Part shown: positions 35,319-44,945 of the stretch, one piece after another
Numbering within the stretch: position 1 is the stretch's first letter
Layout of the letters: every line of letters starts with the position of its first letter
Notes under the pieces: generated by a model
What the model was told of the DNA's origin: nothing
The model's input: the letters and a program-made list of their open reading frames with translations, nothing else
Databases searched by the model: none
Program-made: the position numbers and the translations under genes
Origin: Clostridia bacterium
GTDB lineage: Bacteria > Bacillota > Clostridia > Oscillospirales > CAG-272
Assembly: GCA_017440665.1 (NCBI GenBank)
Contig: JAFSGU010000008.1
Coordinates: 17,987 to 81,986, forward strand
Reading direction: 5' to 3'
DNA length: 64,000 bases

Positions 35319-36080
35319 TTATATTCTTTCAGGGTAAAAGGATACTTTTCCGTCATAGGGTATCTTCCGATATCTTACGCCGAACACGCGGGGAAGCACG
35401 TCGGTTACCAGCACCTCATCGGGCGTTCCGGTGAAGATCACCTTTCCGTCTTCCATTACGGCAAGGCGGTCAGATATCGCAAGGGCATCGGACAATTCGT
35501 GCATAACTGCCGCGACGGCGCGTCCCTCGTCTGCAAGAGACCTCATAAGATCTGACATTGCATATCGGTGGGGTATGTCAAGATGGGTAAAGGGCTCGTC
35601 AAGGAGAATGTGGTCTGCATCCTGTGCGAGAGCCATTGCCACGTACGCCTTTTGACGCATACCTCCCGAAAGCTCGGCGAGGGGGACGTGTGATATGCTT
35701 TCAAGCCCGAGCTTTTTTATTGCAAGCTCAGACGCCGAAATATCGTCAAGGCTGTAGCTGTGCCCGAAGGACAGATGGGGAAAGCGTCCTTTCAGCACCA
35801 GATCTGCGACGGTCATCTCGGGTACGGGTCTGTCCTGTGGCAGATATGCCACGCGCACAGCACGGCTTTTCCTTGTAAGTGTGGAAAACTTTTCGCCGTC
35901 AAGGAGAATTTTGCCCGAACTTGGCTTGATTATTCCCGACAGAGCTTTCAGCAAAGTACTTTTACCGCATCCGTTGGCACCGACTACGGAAAGGATACTG
36001 CCGTTTTTTATATCAAGCGTTACTGAGTGAAGTATCTCCTTTTTACCGTAGCCTGCGCGAAGGTCTCTTATTTCTATCAT
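35319..36080 (-). CDS. ABC transporter ATP-binding protein (FepC/BtuD-like)
   Basis: Motifs present are GANGCGKSTLLK, LSGGMRQKA and ILLDEPFTHLD. It overlaps the upstream permease gene by 4 nt. Confidence 0.9.
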   Translation of the reverse strand: MIEIRDLRAGYGKKEILHSVTLDIKNGSILSVVGANGCGKSTLLKALSGIIKPSSGKILLDGEKFSTLTRKSRAVRVAYLPQDRPVPEMTVADLVLKGRFPHLSFGHSYSLDDISASELAIKKLGLESISHVPLAELSGGMRQKAYVAMALAQDADHILLDEPFTHLDIPHRYAMSDLMRSLADEGRAVAAVMHELSDALAISDRLAVMEDGKVIFTGTPDEVLVTDVLPRVFGVRYRKIPYDGKVSFYPERI

Positions 36081-37093
36081 GGCCGCTCACTCTCCTTTCC
36101 GCGGAATAGCAGAATGAGGAAAACGGGTACTCCGAACACTGACATGATGATGCCCACGGGGATCTCGTACGGTGCGAAGGCAGTCCTTGCCACAAGATCG
36201 CAAAGCGTAACGAAGCCTCCGCCCAGTATGGCGCAAAGGGGCAGAAGCATCTTCCCGTCGGTGACGTGAAGCCGTTTTACCGCGTGCGGCACGATGAGGC
36301 CCACGAATGACAGCAGACCTGCCATGGAAACGGCACATCCCGCAAGAAGTGCGGCGGCTGTAAGATACAGCATACGTGTAACGCCTGCGGAAAGTCCAAG
36401 GCCTTTTGCCACGTCGTCGCCAAGGGTGATAAGATCAAGTCTGTCGGCAAAGACGGTAACGGCTGTGACGGTTACGGTGATGATAACCGCCGCGGGGATA
36501 AGCTTTGAATAGGAGGATGAGGAAAAATCTCCCACGCGGAACTGCGTTGTCATATACGCCGTGTCGGGAACGAAGGTGACTATGGCGTCGGTCACCGCTC
36601 CGAACAGGCTGTTCATTGCGATGCCGAGAAGTATAACAGCTCCTCGGGATGCTTTAAACTTAACGGATGCGGCAACAACGACGCATACAGATAAAAACGC
36701 ACCGAGGAAGGCGGCGAGGGACAATGTCCATCCGCCCCAGATACCTAAAGACGTACACAACGTTACAGCCGCCACACTGCCCGAATTTACTCCTATGATA
36801 CCGGGAGATGCCAGCTTGTTTGAAAGAGCGCGCTGAATTACGGCGCCCGACGCGGCGAGCGCCGCACCTGCGAAGAAGCATGAAAGCGCTCGGGGCAGAC
36901 GCACGTACTTGAATATAGTATAGTCGACGCTTTCCGCACCGTTTACAAGACCCGATAAAACTGCGCCCGGAGATATTCGGCTGCTGCCGAAAATAATACT
37001 GAGGGCGAGTACGATCGCTACCGAAAGAACGGCTGAACAAATCAGACGGGCAGATTGCCGCTTATTCTTTGAAAATATCACAGAGCTGTTCAT
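36077..37093 (-). CDS. FecCD/BtuC-family ABC permease
   Basis: ORF 36077..37195 is polytopic and has the family-typical C-terminal GVPVFLILL. The start at MNSSVIF (37093) is chosen by context and 37114 is also possible. Confidence 0.85.
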   Translation of the reverse strand: MNSSVIFSKNKRQSARLICSAVLSVAIVLALSIIFGSSRISPGAVLSGLVNGAESVDYTIFKYVRLPRALSCFFAGAALAASGAVIQRALSNKLASPGIIGVNSGSVAAVTLCTSLGIWGGWTLSLAAFLGAFLSVCVVVAASVKFKASRGAVILLGIAMNSLFGAVTDAIVTFVPDTAYMTTQFRVGDFSSSSYSKLIPAAVIITVTVTAVTVFADRLDLITLGDDVAKGLGLSAGVTRMLYLTAAALLAGCAVSMAGLLSFVGLIVPHAVKRLHVTDGKMLLPLCAILGGGFVTLCDLVARTAFAPYEIPVGIIMSVFGVPVFLILLFRGKESERP

Positions 37094-38057
37094 AAGACGC
37101 CCGCCATTTCGCATTAGGTTTGATATTGAACAGTTTTCTGTCCATAAAATGTATTCTGTTCTGACGCACGGCGTCGAGAGACTGCCATGCGGCATTTTCG
37201 TTTATCATAGCGTTGAAGTTTGAGACGGCCTTTTCGGTGTCGTCACCCATAGTAACTACGAATATACGGTGGGGAGACGCACGGAGGACCGCTTCAACGC
37301 TTAAGTCTTCAAGGAGAGTAGTATCGCTGTCGGCAATATTGATGCATCCGATATCAGCGAGCATTTCACCAAGGACGGTGCCGCTGCTTCCCTTTGCCTT
37401 GATAAAGCCTGAGGAGGCGCGCAGAAGAAGAACGGTACGCTCGCTTTCGGAAAGTTTTCTTTCGTTAAACGCTTCCTTTATCCCGTCTATTTGTGCTTTA
37501 ACGTCAAGACCGTTCTTTTGGTAAAGATCCGCTCTGCCTGTGATATCTGTACAGATGCGGAGCATTTCAAGGTAATCCTCAAAGCTGTCCACGTCGAAAT
37601 ACGCCACAGTAATATCTGCCGCCTCAAGTGTCTCAAGAAGCTTCACGTTCGATGCGGTGGAGGCACTTGCAAGAACCAGCTGGGGGGAAGTGGCGATAAG
37701 TTTTTCTGCATTTGTCGAATGAGCTGTGCCCACGTTTACTGCGTCCGGAAGAGAAAGGTCAAAATCATCCCACGCATCCTCGGAGGTGGCGCACACGGTA
37801 CCGCCTGCAAGCTGCCATACGTCTGCAAAGCTACCTATGAGTGCCGCCACTCTTTCAGGTGAACGCTTTGCGTTTACCGTCCGCCCGAGGGCGTCGGTAA
37901 AGGTGACGGTGTCTGCTCCTGTGTCATTTTCGGACTGTGTGTCCGAAGCGGCGGGATCGGGGCGTGAGCAGGAAACGGCGGTGAACATGAGAAGCAATAT
38001 GGCAAACGCTATGAACAAAAGCTTACCTGTCCAGAATCTTTCGCTGTGCATAATCAA
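37062..38057 (-). CDS. ABC substrate-binding lipoprotein (cluster-8 Fe-siderophore/haem/cobalamin type)
   Basis: The signal peptide and lipobox read LLMFTAVSCS. The fold pattern is BtuF/FhuD-like (RVAALIGSFADVW...IFVVTMGD). Confidence 0.8.
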   Translation of the reverse strand: MIMHSERFWTGKLLFIAFAILLLMFTAVSCSRPDPAASDTQSENDTGADTVTFTDALGRTVNAKRSPERVAALIGSFADVWQLAGGTVCATSEDAWDDFDLSLPDAVNVGTAHSTNAEKLIATSPQLVLASASTASNVKLLETLEAADITVAYFDVDSFEDYLEMLRICTDITGRADLYQKNGLDVKAQIDGIKEAFNERKLSESERTVLLLRASSGFIKAKGSSGTVLGEMLADIGCINIADSDTTLLEDLSVEAVLRASPHRIFVVTMGDDTEKAVSNFNAMINENAAWQSLDAVRQNRIHFMDRKLFNIKPNAKWRASYEQLCDIFKE

Positions 38058-38952
38058 AACCGAGTCTTTCTACGGTGTCTGCGAATCGCTCTCCCTTTAC
38101 GCCTTCGTCGCGGAAGAAGAGTATTGCACGTTCGATCGCGTCAAGAACCTCTTCCTCAGATGAGAAGAGCACGGAGAGAGGCTTTGCAACGGCACACTTT
38201 TTACCCCAGCGGCCGCCGATACAAAGCTTATATGCAACCTCAGCCTCACCGAATACGCCGAAGGGACATTTCTCAAAGCATCTTCCGCAACGGTTACACA
38301 TGCTGTAGTCTACGCATATCTTTCCGTCAGTGAGCTTTGCCGCCTTCATGGGACAGGTCGTCTCTATCACACATTTTTTACATCCGCGGCAAAGCTCCGG
38401 GGACAGCTTTACTACCCGCTGACCGATAACACCGATGTCGTTTGTATCGGGCTTTACACAGTTATTGGGACAGCCGCCTACCGCGATCTTGAATTTGTGG
38501 GGGAGGGCTGTGTCGTGATATCCCTTGTAGAATCTTTCATGTATTTTAAGGCTGAGTCCCGCGGTGTCGATAAGACCGAAAACGCAGGTGGTACCCTTAC
38601 ATGCAACTACGGGACGTACTTTTGCACCCGTACCGCCTGTTTCAAGTCCGTGGGATGCGAGAAATACCATGAGGGGTGCGATATTGTCGTAGGGAACACC
38701 CTGTATTTCTACTGTGAGACGGCTTGTCATTGCAACCTCGGATGAGCCGAAGCGGTCTGCCGCCTCTGCGATTGCTCTCTGCTCGTCTGATGAAATTCTT
38801 CCGTTTCGTGTGATGACTCTTACGTTGAAAACGTCGTCGAAACGCTTATCTCTGAGGCATCCGTAGGACTTTACCTTTGTAATCTGCTCGCTTGTAAGCT
38901 TGCCGTTTTTTGGTGTAATGCCAAGTGCTTCTGTGGTGATCTTGTTATCCAT
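38023..38952 (-). CDS. Nitrite/sulfite-reductase-family 4Fe-4S/siroheme-type protein with a ferredoxin insert (AsrC/DsrA-like)
   Basis: ORF 38023..39021. The start at MDNKITTEA follows AAGGAG. Cys motifs are ACKGTTCVFG and GGCPNNC, plus two ferredoxin motifs, CRGCKKCVIETTCP and CNRCGRCFEKCP. Confidence 0.65.
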   Translation of the reverse strand: MDNKITTEALGITPKNGKLTSEQITKVKSYGCLRDKRFDDVFNVRVITRNGRISSDEQRAIAEAADRFGSSEVAMTSRLTVEIQGVPYDNIAPLMVFLASHGLETGGTGAKVRPVVACKGTTCVFGLIDTAGLSLKIHERFYKGYHDTALPHKFKIAVGGCPNNCVKPDTNDIGVIGQRVVKLSPELCRGCKKCVIETTCPMKAAKLTDGKICVDYSMCNRCGRCFEKCPFGVFGEAEVAYKLCIGGRWGKKCAVAKPLSVLFSSEEEVLDAIERAILFFRDEGVKGERFADTVERLGFDYAQRKILDR

Positions 38953-39035
38953 GATGTACTCCTTATGTAGTTGTTCTTTTTTGTCGTAGTAGGTAGGAAA
39001 GGGTGGAATCTGTAGCCACACATTCCCACAATACT

Positions 39036-39064
39036 ATGATAACACAATTGCCCACTTATGTCAA
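39036..39064 (-). promoter_or_regulatory. Promoter of the Fe-S protein / ABC importer operon
   Basis: The minus strand reads TTGACA (complement of 39059-39064), 17 nt, then TGtTATCAT (-10 is the complement of 39036-39041). Confidence 0.5.
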
Positions 39065-39109
39065 TGTGGGTGACGTTATTTGTGTCTTGTCTGTCTCTTT
39101 TTAAGTATA

Positions 39110-39148
39110 AAAAACGACCGTCCGAATACGGCGTACATACTCGGACGG
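39110..39148 (-). terminator. Terminator of the zinc-ribbon/coiled-coil gene
   Basis: CCGTCCGA (39118-39125) pairs with TCGGACGG (39141-39148). On the minus strand it is followed by TCGTTTTTTA. Confidence 0.65.
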
Positions 39149-39169
39149 ATACATTTTCCTATTTGTGAC

Positions 39170-39580
39170 TTAGTCGATGTCCTCGTCTGCTTCATCAGCA
39201 TCATCAACGTCATCGGCATCATCGCAGAGCTTCTCGCCGCATACGGGACAGAAAGTACATTCCTTTGATATCTCAGCAGAGCAAACGGGGCAAACGTTGG
39301 TCTTCTTGAGCTTTGCGGCCTCTGCCTTCATGCCTGCAATATCGCCGGCAAGCTTTTCTGCCTGCATGACAAGAGTCGCAGCCTCGCTCTCACGGTCAAC
39401 ACCGTTCTTTCTGATATCAAACCAGATCTTACCCATTTCCGCGTAGATGCGCTCCAGCTTCTTTTCGGATGAGTGGATGTTGTATTTCAGCTTTGCAAGG
39501 TCGCCAAGCTCAGTTGTTTTCTGAACTGTGAAATCGGTAGCCTCGCTGAGGGTCTTCTGAAGATCGTCCCAAAATGACAT
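39170..39580 (-). CDS. Hypothetical coiled-coil protein with a C-terminal zinc ribbon and acidic tail
   Basis: The 136-aa protein has CPVCSAEISKECTFCPVCG followed by DDADDVDDADEADEDID. Confidence 0.65.
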   Translation of the reverse strand: MSFWDDLQKTLSEATDFTVQKTTELGDLAKLKYNIHSSEKKLERIYAEMGKIWFDIRKNGVDRESEAATLVMQAEKLAGDIAGMKAEAAKLKKTNVCPVCSAEISKECTFCPVCGEKLCDDADDVDDADEADEDID

Positions 39581-39687
39581 AATTGCCTCCTGTATATTAA
39601 GGTTTACTTTATTTCTTTATCTTATTATAACAAATTATGCGCGAAATGTCAAATGTATGCGCGTTTTTTTACGCGATAACGAAAAAA

Positions 39688-41046
39688 CTACATTGAGAGC
39701 ATAACGGACGCGATGGCAAAATAGATGAGAAGTGACATTGCATCAACAATCGTGGTGATAAAGGGGCTTGCCATAACTGCGGGGTCAAATCCGATGGTCT
39801 TAACGAGCAGGGGCAAAATTCCGCCCACGAGCTTGGATATGATAACTACGGCACATACTGTCAGAGAGACTACGATAGCAGTCTGAATGGTAACGTTGTC
39901 GATAAGCAGCATCTTGCCGAAATTTACTACAGCAAGGGAAGCGCCGCAAAGCACGGACACGCGCATCTCTTTCCAAATGATGCTGAAGATGTCGCGAAGC
40001 TCGATCTCGTCAAGGCTGAGACCGCGGATGACCGTTACGGATACCTGGCTTCCCGCGTTACCGCCCGTACCCATCAGCATGGGGATGAAGGCGATCAGCG
40101 CCGCCTGCGCCGCAAGTGCCGTTTCGAAATGCTGAAGTATCTTACTTGTGAAGGTGGAGGATATCATAAGGAGCATGAGCCATGGGATACGCTTCAGCCA
40201 TGTCTCGAATACGCCCGTTTTAAGATAGGGCTTGTCGGTAGGCGTGATAGCCGCCATGATCTCGATGTCCTCGGTGTCCTCGCTTTCGATAATGTCCATA
40301 GCGTCGTCGTAGGTAAGGATGCCGACGAGACGGTTTTCGTTATCAACGACGGGAAGGGCGAGAAGGTCGTATTTAGAGAGCATCTTAGCGGCAGATTCCT
40401 CGTCCTCCGTTGTGGTGACGCTGATTATCTGCGTTTCCATAAGTTCAGCTACCGTTGCCTCTTCGTTTTGGCAAACGAGAAAGTCTTTGACCGTTACGAC
40501 GCCGATAAGATGACGGTATGAGTCGGTGACGTAGCAGGTATAAATGGTCTCCTTGTCAACGGCGGTACGGCGGATTCGCTTGAACACGTCCTCGTAGGTC
40601 ATGTCAGCCTTAAGCTCCACAAACTCGGTGGTCATGACCGCACCCGTGCTTCCCTTTGGATAAGCGAGTATCTGATTTATAGCCATACGCTTATCGTGAG
40701 GAGTCTGGCTGAGTATTCTTTTAACGACGTTTGCAGGCATCTCGTCGATCAGGTCGACGGTATCGTCGACGAAAAGATCCTCCATCACGTCGCTGAGCTC
40801 ACGGTCACTGAAGGATGAGATAAGAAGCATCTGATGGTCGCTGTCCATCTCAACGAAGCAGTCGGACGCAAGATCCTTCGGGAGTATCCTGAAAAGGAGA
40901 GGAATATCATCTTCGTCTATCTCGTCGAATATTTCCGCAATATCTGCAGGCTCGAATGCACTGAGATAACTTCGGAGAACCCTATAGTCCTTTTCTTCAA
41001 GCAAGTCTTCAATTTTTGAAACGGGTTCTCTGATATCGTCTATCAT
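39688..41046 (-). CDS. mgtE: Magnesium transporter MgtE
   Basis: The N-domain is followed by a CBS pair and a C-terminal TM domain with PMLMGTGGNAGSQ and ASPFITTIVD. Confidence 0.93.
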   Translation of the reverse strand: MIDDIREPVSKIEDLLEEKDYRVLRSYLSAFEPADIAEIFDEIDEDDIPLLFRILPKDLASDCFVEMDSDHQMLLISSFSDRELSDVMEDLFVDDTVDLIDEMPANVVKRILSQTPHDKRMAINQILAYPKGSTGAVMTTEFVELKADMTYEDVFKRIRRTAVDKETIYTCYVTDSYRHLIGVVTVKDFLVCQNEEATVAELMETQIISVTTTEDEESAAKMLSKYDLLALPVVDNENRLVGILTYDDAMDIIESEDTEDIEIMAAITPTDKPYLKTGVFETWLKRIPWLMLLMISSTFTSKILQHFETALAAQAALIAFIPMLMGTGGNAGSQVSVTVIRGLSLDEIELRDIFSIIWKEMRVSVLCGASLAVVNFGKMLLIDNVTIQTAIVVSLTVCAVVIISKLVGGILPLLVKTIGFDPAVMASPFITTIVDAMSLLIYFAIASVMLSM

Positions 41047-41086
41047 AGCCGTAATCTCCTTTCTTCAGTAAAATTTGTATCCCGGT

Positions 41087-41767
41087 TCAGTTCATATTTT
41101 CTTCTGCGATGCGGCGGAGCTTTGCAGTGTTCTCGAGTCTGTCATCTGTCTTAAAGAATGCGGTACCGACTACGAAGTTGTCCGCGCCCGCTTCCGCCAC
41201 AAGTCCGATGGTAGCTTCCCCGATGCCTCCGTCTACCTGTACGGAGATGGGGTGATCCGCGGCGTCAGCGATGAGCCGTGCCGCTTTTATTTTGGGAAGC
41301 ATGTCAGCCATGAACTTCTGACCGCCGAATCCCGGCTCCACGGTCATGATAAGAAACATGTCACAGATGTCGGCATAAGGATCAAGCTCGGATGCGTCGA
41401 AGCAGGGACGGAGAGAAAGTCCCGCCTTAAGGCCTGCCGCCTTTATCTGCTCAAGAGTGCTTCTGACTACGTCGGGAGTGTCGAAATCCGAGTGGACGGT
41501 AACTGACCAGACGCCCGCTTTTTTGAGAGTGTCGATATAAGCGTAGGGCTTCTTGATCATAAGATGAGCGTCGACGGGAATGTCGCTTACGCTGACGATG
41601 GATTTTATAATATCAAAGCCGAAGCTGATGTTGGGTACGTATACGCCGTCCATAACGTCGGCGTGGAAAATATCAGCCCCTGCGGCTACGGCACTTTTCA
41701 CCTCGTCCTCGAGATGAAGAAAATCACAGGCAAGAAGGGAAGGGGCGATGATCGCTTTGTTTTTCAT
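41087..41767 (-). CDS. rpe: Ribulose-phosphate 3-epimerase
   Basis: ORF 41087..41815. The start at MKNKAIIAPSLLACDF follows GGAGA. HADVMDG and VEPGFGGQKF are conserved. Confidence 0.93.
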   Translation of the reverse strand: MKNKAIIAPSLLACDFLHLEDEVKSAVAAGADIFHADVMDGVYVPNISFGFDIIKSIVSVSDIPVDAHLMIKKPYAYIDTLKKAGVWSVTVHSDFDTPDVVRSTLEQIKAAGLKAGLSLRPCFDASELDPYADICDMFLIMTVEPGFGGQKFMADMLPKIKAARLIADAADHPISVQVDGGIGEATIGLVAEAGADNFVVGTAFFKTDDRLENTAKLRRIAEENMN

Positions 41768-41953
41768 GTTTATCTCCGTTTTAGTCGCGGCGGGACGAAG
41801 CCTCCGCTGTGTCAAAGGTGGTGGGGTATTACATATTCTGTAGTTGAGCGGTATACGCTCCCAAAACAGTATCCGCCGCAGGCAGGGGAGGAAGTTTAAA
41901 AGAGGGGAAGTGTGATCGTTTCCCTGTGCCCTGGGGCTTTATATAGATGTGAC

Positions 41954-42424
41954 TTATTCGTCAAGAAGGCAGACTGCGTGAACGGCGATGCCCTCGCCGC
42001 TTCCCGTGAATCCCAGCTTCTCTTCGGTAGTCGCCTTAACGTTTATTCTGTCAACCGGGACGTCCATGGTCTCACTGAGACATTTTCGGATGCTTTCGAT
42101 ATGGGGAGCCATTTTCGGCCTTTGCGCTACCACCGTGCAATCGGCATAGCTGAAGCGGAGACCCTTTTCCGCGGCTTTTTCAAGCGCGGCTTTAAGTATT
42201 ATACGGCTGTCCATATTGAGAGTGTCCTCGGACGTGTCGGGAAAATAGTATCCGATGTCCCGCAGTCCCGCGGCACCGAGGATGGCGTCTGCAAGAGCGT
42301 GGATGAGCACGTCTCCGTCGGAGTGAGCTTTAAGTCCGAACTCGCAGGGGATGGTGACCCCTCCGAGAACGAGGCGGCGTCCCGCTTCCGTTCTGTGTAC
42401 GTCGTAACCGTGTCCGATTCTCAT
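41954..42424 (-). CDS. ispF: 2-C-methyl-D-erythritol 2,4-cyclodiphosphate synthase
   Basis: MRIGHGYDVHR and HSDGDVLIHALADAILGA are present. A GTG start at 42433 is an alternative. Confidence 0.93.
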   Translation of the reverse strand: MRIGHGYDVHRTEAGRRLVLGGVTIPCEFGLKAHSDGDVLIHALADAILGAAGLRDIGYYFPDTSEDTLNMDSRIILKAALEKAAEKGLRFSYADCTVVAQRPKMAPHIESIRKCLSETMDVPVDRINVKATTEEKLGFTGSGEGIAVHAVCLLDE

Positions 42425-42460
42425 TATTATCACCTGATACCTTTCTTTGAACTGCGGCGT

Positions 42461-43234
42461 TTACACGTCATTTTTCTCAGTCTGCTCTCTTGCGGTAAGT
42501 ATAGCCTCTGCTATTATCTTATCCGTAGCGTAGGTCAGCTTGATGTTTTCGTGTCCGCAGTCGACTGCGTGTACCTTGAAGCCCAGTCTTTCCACCAGCA
42601 TACAGTCGTCTGTTACCGAAGCGCCGTCCTTCAGGGCGGTATACACTCCCGCACGGTACATATTTGCGTTAAAGATCTGAGGTGTCTTCATAAGCCATAC
42701 GTAATTTCTGTCGATGGTCTTTTCGATAACACCGTGGCTGTCTGCGTATTTGACGGTATCCACTGCCTTTTCCGCGGCTGCGGCGGCACCTGTGTCATAT
42801 GCCTTCAGCAGTACGTTTTCTATGATGTCGCATGTGACAAGACAGCGTGCTCCGTCGTGGATGGCAATAAATTCGCTTTGGGGCGATATTTTTTCAAGTC
42901 CTGCCATGGCGGAATCCTGACGGGTGGCACCGCCGGGGATAACGCAGGTGAGCTTGGTTATCACGCCCTCGAGAAGCGTACGGGTATATTCCACGTCTGC
43001 CTCTCCCGTGACTACGATTATCTCGTCAATGAGAGGACATACTTCAAATGCAGTGACCGTGCGAAGAAGGACGGGCACACCGAGGATGGGAACGAACTGC
43101 TTTTTGATTCCCGTGAGCTCTCCGCTTCCTGCGGAAAACCTCTCACCGCTTCCTGCGGCAAGGATGACAGCGGACGTTTTTCTCTTTGTCCTGAGTGCGT
43201 CTGCTACGCGGCGAAGTAAGCTTTTATCCTTCAT
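42461..43234 (-). CDS. ispD: 2-C-methyl-D-erythritol 4-phosphate cytidylyltransferase
   Basis: AVILAAGSGERF...KQF and the rest of the protein are IspD-like. The RBS is GGAGGT. An unusual basic N-terminal extension is present. Confidence 0.9.
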   Translation of the reverse strand: MKDKSLLRRVADALRTKRKTSAVILAAGSGERFSAGSGELTGIKKQFVPILGVPVLLRTVTAFEVCPLIDEIIVVTGEADVEYTRTLLEGVITKLTCVIPGGATRQDSAMAGLEKISPQSEFIAIHDGARCLVTCDIIENVLLKAYDTGAAAAAEKAVDTVKYADSHGVIEKTIDRNYVWLMKTPQIFNANMYRAGVYTALKDGASVTDDCMLVERLGFKVHAVDCGHENIKLTYATDKIIAEAILTAREQTEKNDV

Positions 43235-43409
43235 TCCGTACCTCCGTCTTGTGCTTTTTTTGCTTTGGAATTACTCCTAAACTACATTATATCACAACTT
43301 GCCCGATTATTAAATATCTAAGTGAAGAAAAAATAAATTTTTACAAAATATTACGGCAAAGACGCGGCAGGGGGACAGTAGAAATATTTGTTAAAATACC
43401 GCGAAATAT

Positions 43410-43438
43410 TTGACTTTCACTATGTCTTGTGATATACT
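43410..43438 (+). promoter_or_regulatory. Promoter of the MBOAT/DHHW cluster
   Basis: TTGACT (43410-43415), 17 nt, then TGaTATACT (-10 at 43433-43438). Confidence 0.45.
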
Positions 43439-43509
43439 TAAAATAGCGGATTTTGGGCGTTTTTAAGTGGGCGCAAGATCCGACGAACAGAACTTAAACG
43501 GAGCTATTT

Positions 43510-44928
43510 ATGGTATTTACAAGCGAAGAATTTCTTCTCTTTTTCCTGCCTCTTTTATTTCTCATATATTTTGCCGTTCCCGCAAAGCTTCTTCAGGTGA
43601 GAAACGCGGTGCTTTTGGCATTCAGTATCGTTTTCTATGCTTGGGGCGGTGTCAGGTATCTTGCCCTTTTTGTACTCTCTTTGGCGGTAAACTATTTCGG
43701 CGGACTTGCGGTAGGACTTTTTAAGAACAGGACGCTGAAAAAGCTGTCCCTTGTTCTGACCCTTGCCGTAGGGCTGGGACTTCTCGGCGTGTTTAAATAC
43801 GCAGGCTTTTTCACGGGGATGCTTGAATCCGCGGGGATGATAGACAGGGCTGTGAGCTTTGCTCTGCCCATTGGCATCAGCTTCTACACCTTTCAGGGAC
43901 TCAGCTATGTTATCGACGTATACAGGGGGGACGCGGCTTGCCAAAAAAATCCCCTTGCGGTGTGTCTGTACGTTGCCCTTTTCCCTCAGCTCGTTGCGGG
44001 ACCCATCGTAAGATACACGGACGTTGAACGTGAGCTTGTGTGCCGTACGCATTCCTTCGGGGACTTTTCCGACGGTGCGGTGCGGTTTATGCTGGGATTC
44101 GGCAAAAAGATGCTCATGGCTAACCCCATGGGTGAGGTGGCGGACAAGGTGTTTTCCCTCACGGGAACCTCTTTACTTACTTCACCTGCCGCATGGGTGG
44201 GCGCGGCAGCATACGCATTCCAGATATATTTCGACTTTTCAGCTTATTCCGACATGGCGATAGGCATCGGAAAAATGTTCGGCTTTAAGTTCAACGAAAA
44301 CTTCAATTATCCGTACATATCCGCCTCCGTTACCGAATTCTGGAGACGCTGGCATATATCCCTGTCCACCTGGTTCAGAGATTACGTATACATCTCCCTG
44401 GGCGGAAACCGCTGTTCGGCAGGACGACATATCTTCAACCTTTCGGTGGTGTGGTTCCTCACGGGAATGTGGCACGGCGCGTCATGGAATTTTATTTTGT
44501 GGGGCGTATACTACGGCGTGCTTCTCATACTTGAAAAATACGTCTTCGCAGGCTTGATGAAGAAGATACCGAAACCGCTGTCGCACCTGTTGACCATGCT
44601 CATCGTGCTGGTGGGCTGGGTGTTCTTCCGCGCGGAGACCCTCGGCGACGCTGTTATTTACCTTTCTGCCATGTTTGCGGGTTCGCCCGACTTCCGCGAG
44701 GCGGAGTATCTTGTAAGACAGTACCTGCCTGAGCTCGTTCTCTGCTTTATAGGCATATTCCCCGTAAAGAGACTCATAGGCAGCTTCTTTGAAAAGAGAG
44801 GGGACAGGGCAGTATGGGTCGTGACAGGCGAGGTATTCGGAAAAGTATTCGCGGCGGCGGTGTTTGTGCTGTCTTATGCGAAGCTTGTTTCGGGAAGCTT
44901 TAATCCGTTTATATATTTCAGATTTTGA
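43510..44928 (+). CDS. MBOAT-family O-acyltransferase (AlgI/PatA/DltB-like), copy 1
   Basis: The 472-aa polytopic protein has FSAYSDMAIG, FWRRWHISLSTWFRDYVY and the catalytic-His region WHGASWNF. Confidence 0.9.
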   Translation: MVFTSEEFLLFFLPLLFLIYFAVPAKLLQVRNAVLLAFSIVFYAWGGVRYLALFVLSLAVNYFGGLAVGLFKNRTLKKLSLVLTLAVGLGLLGVFKYAGFFTGMLESAGMIDRAVSFALPIGISFYTFQGLSYVIDVYRGDAACQKNPLAVCLYVALFPQLVAGPIVRYTDVERELVCRTHSFGDFSDGAVRFMLGFGKKMLMANPMGEVADKVFSLTGTSLLTSPAAWVGAAAYAFQIYFDFSAYSDMAIGIGKMFGFKFNENFNYPYISASVTEFWRRWHISLSTWFRDYVYISLGGNRCSAGRHIFNLSVVWFLTGMWHGASWNFILWGVYYGVLLILEKYVFAGLMKKIPKPLSHLLTMLIVLVGWVFFRAETLGDAVIYLSAMFAGSPDFREAEYLVRQYLPELVLCFIGIFPVKRLIGSFFEKRGDRAVWVVTGEVFGKVFAAAVFVLSYAKLVSGSFNPFIYFRF

Positions 44929-44945
44929 TCGGGAGGGAAATTGAC

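Noticed and set aside
38953-39035. Cobalamin riboswitch or Fur box in the leader of the BtuFCD-like operon.
   Set aside because: The leader is only about 80-90 nt, and I saw no B12-box-like element or 19-bp Fur palindrome.
41047-41086. M-box (Mg) riboswitch in front of mgtE.
   Set aside because: Only 40 nt separate mgtE from the upstream rpe gene. That is too short for an M-box, and mgtE appears co-transcribed with rpe.
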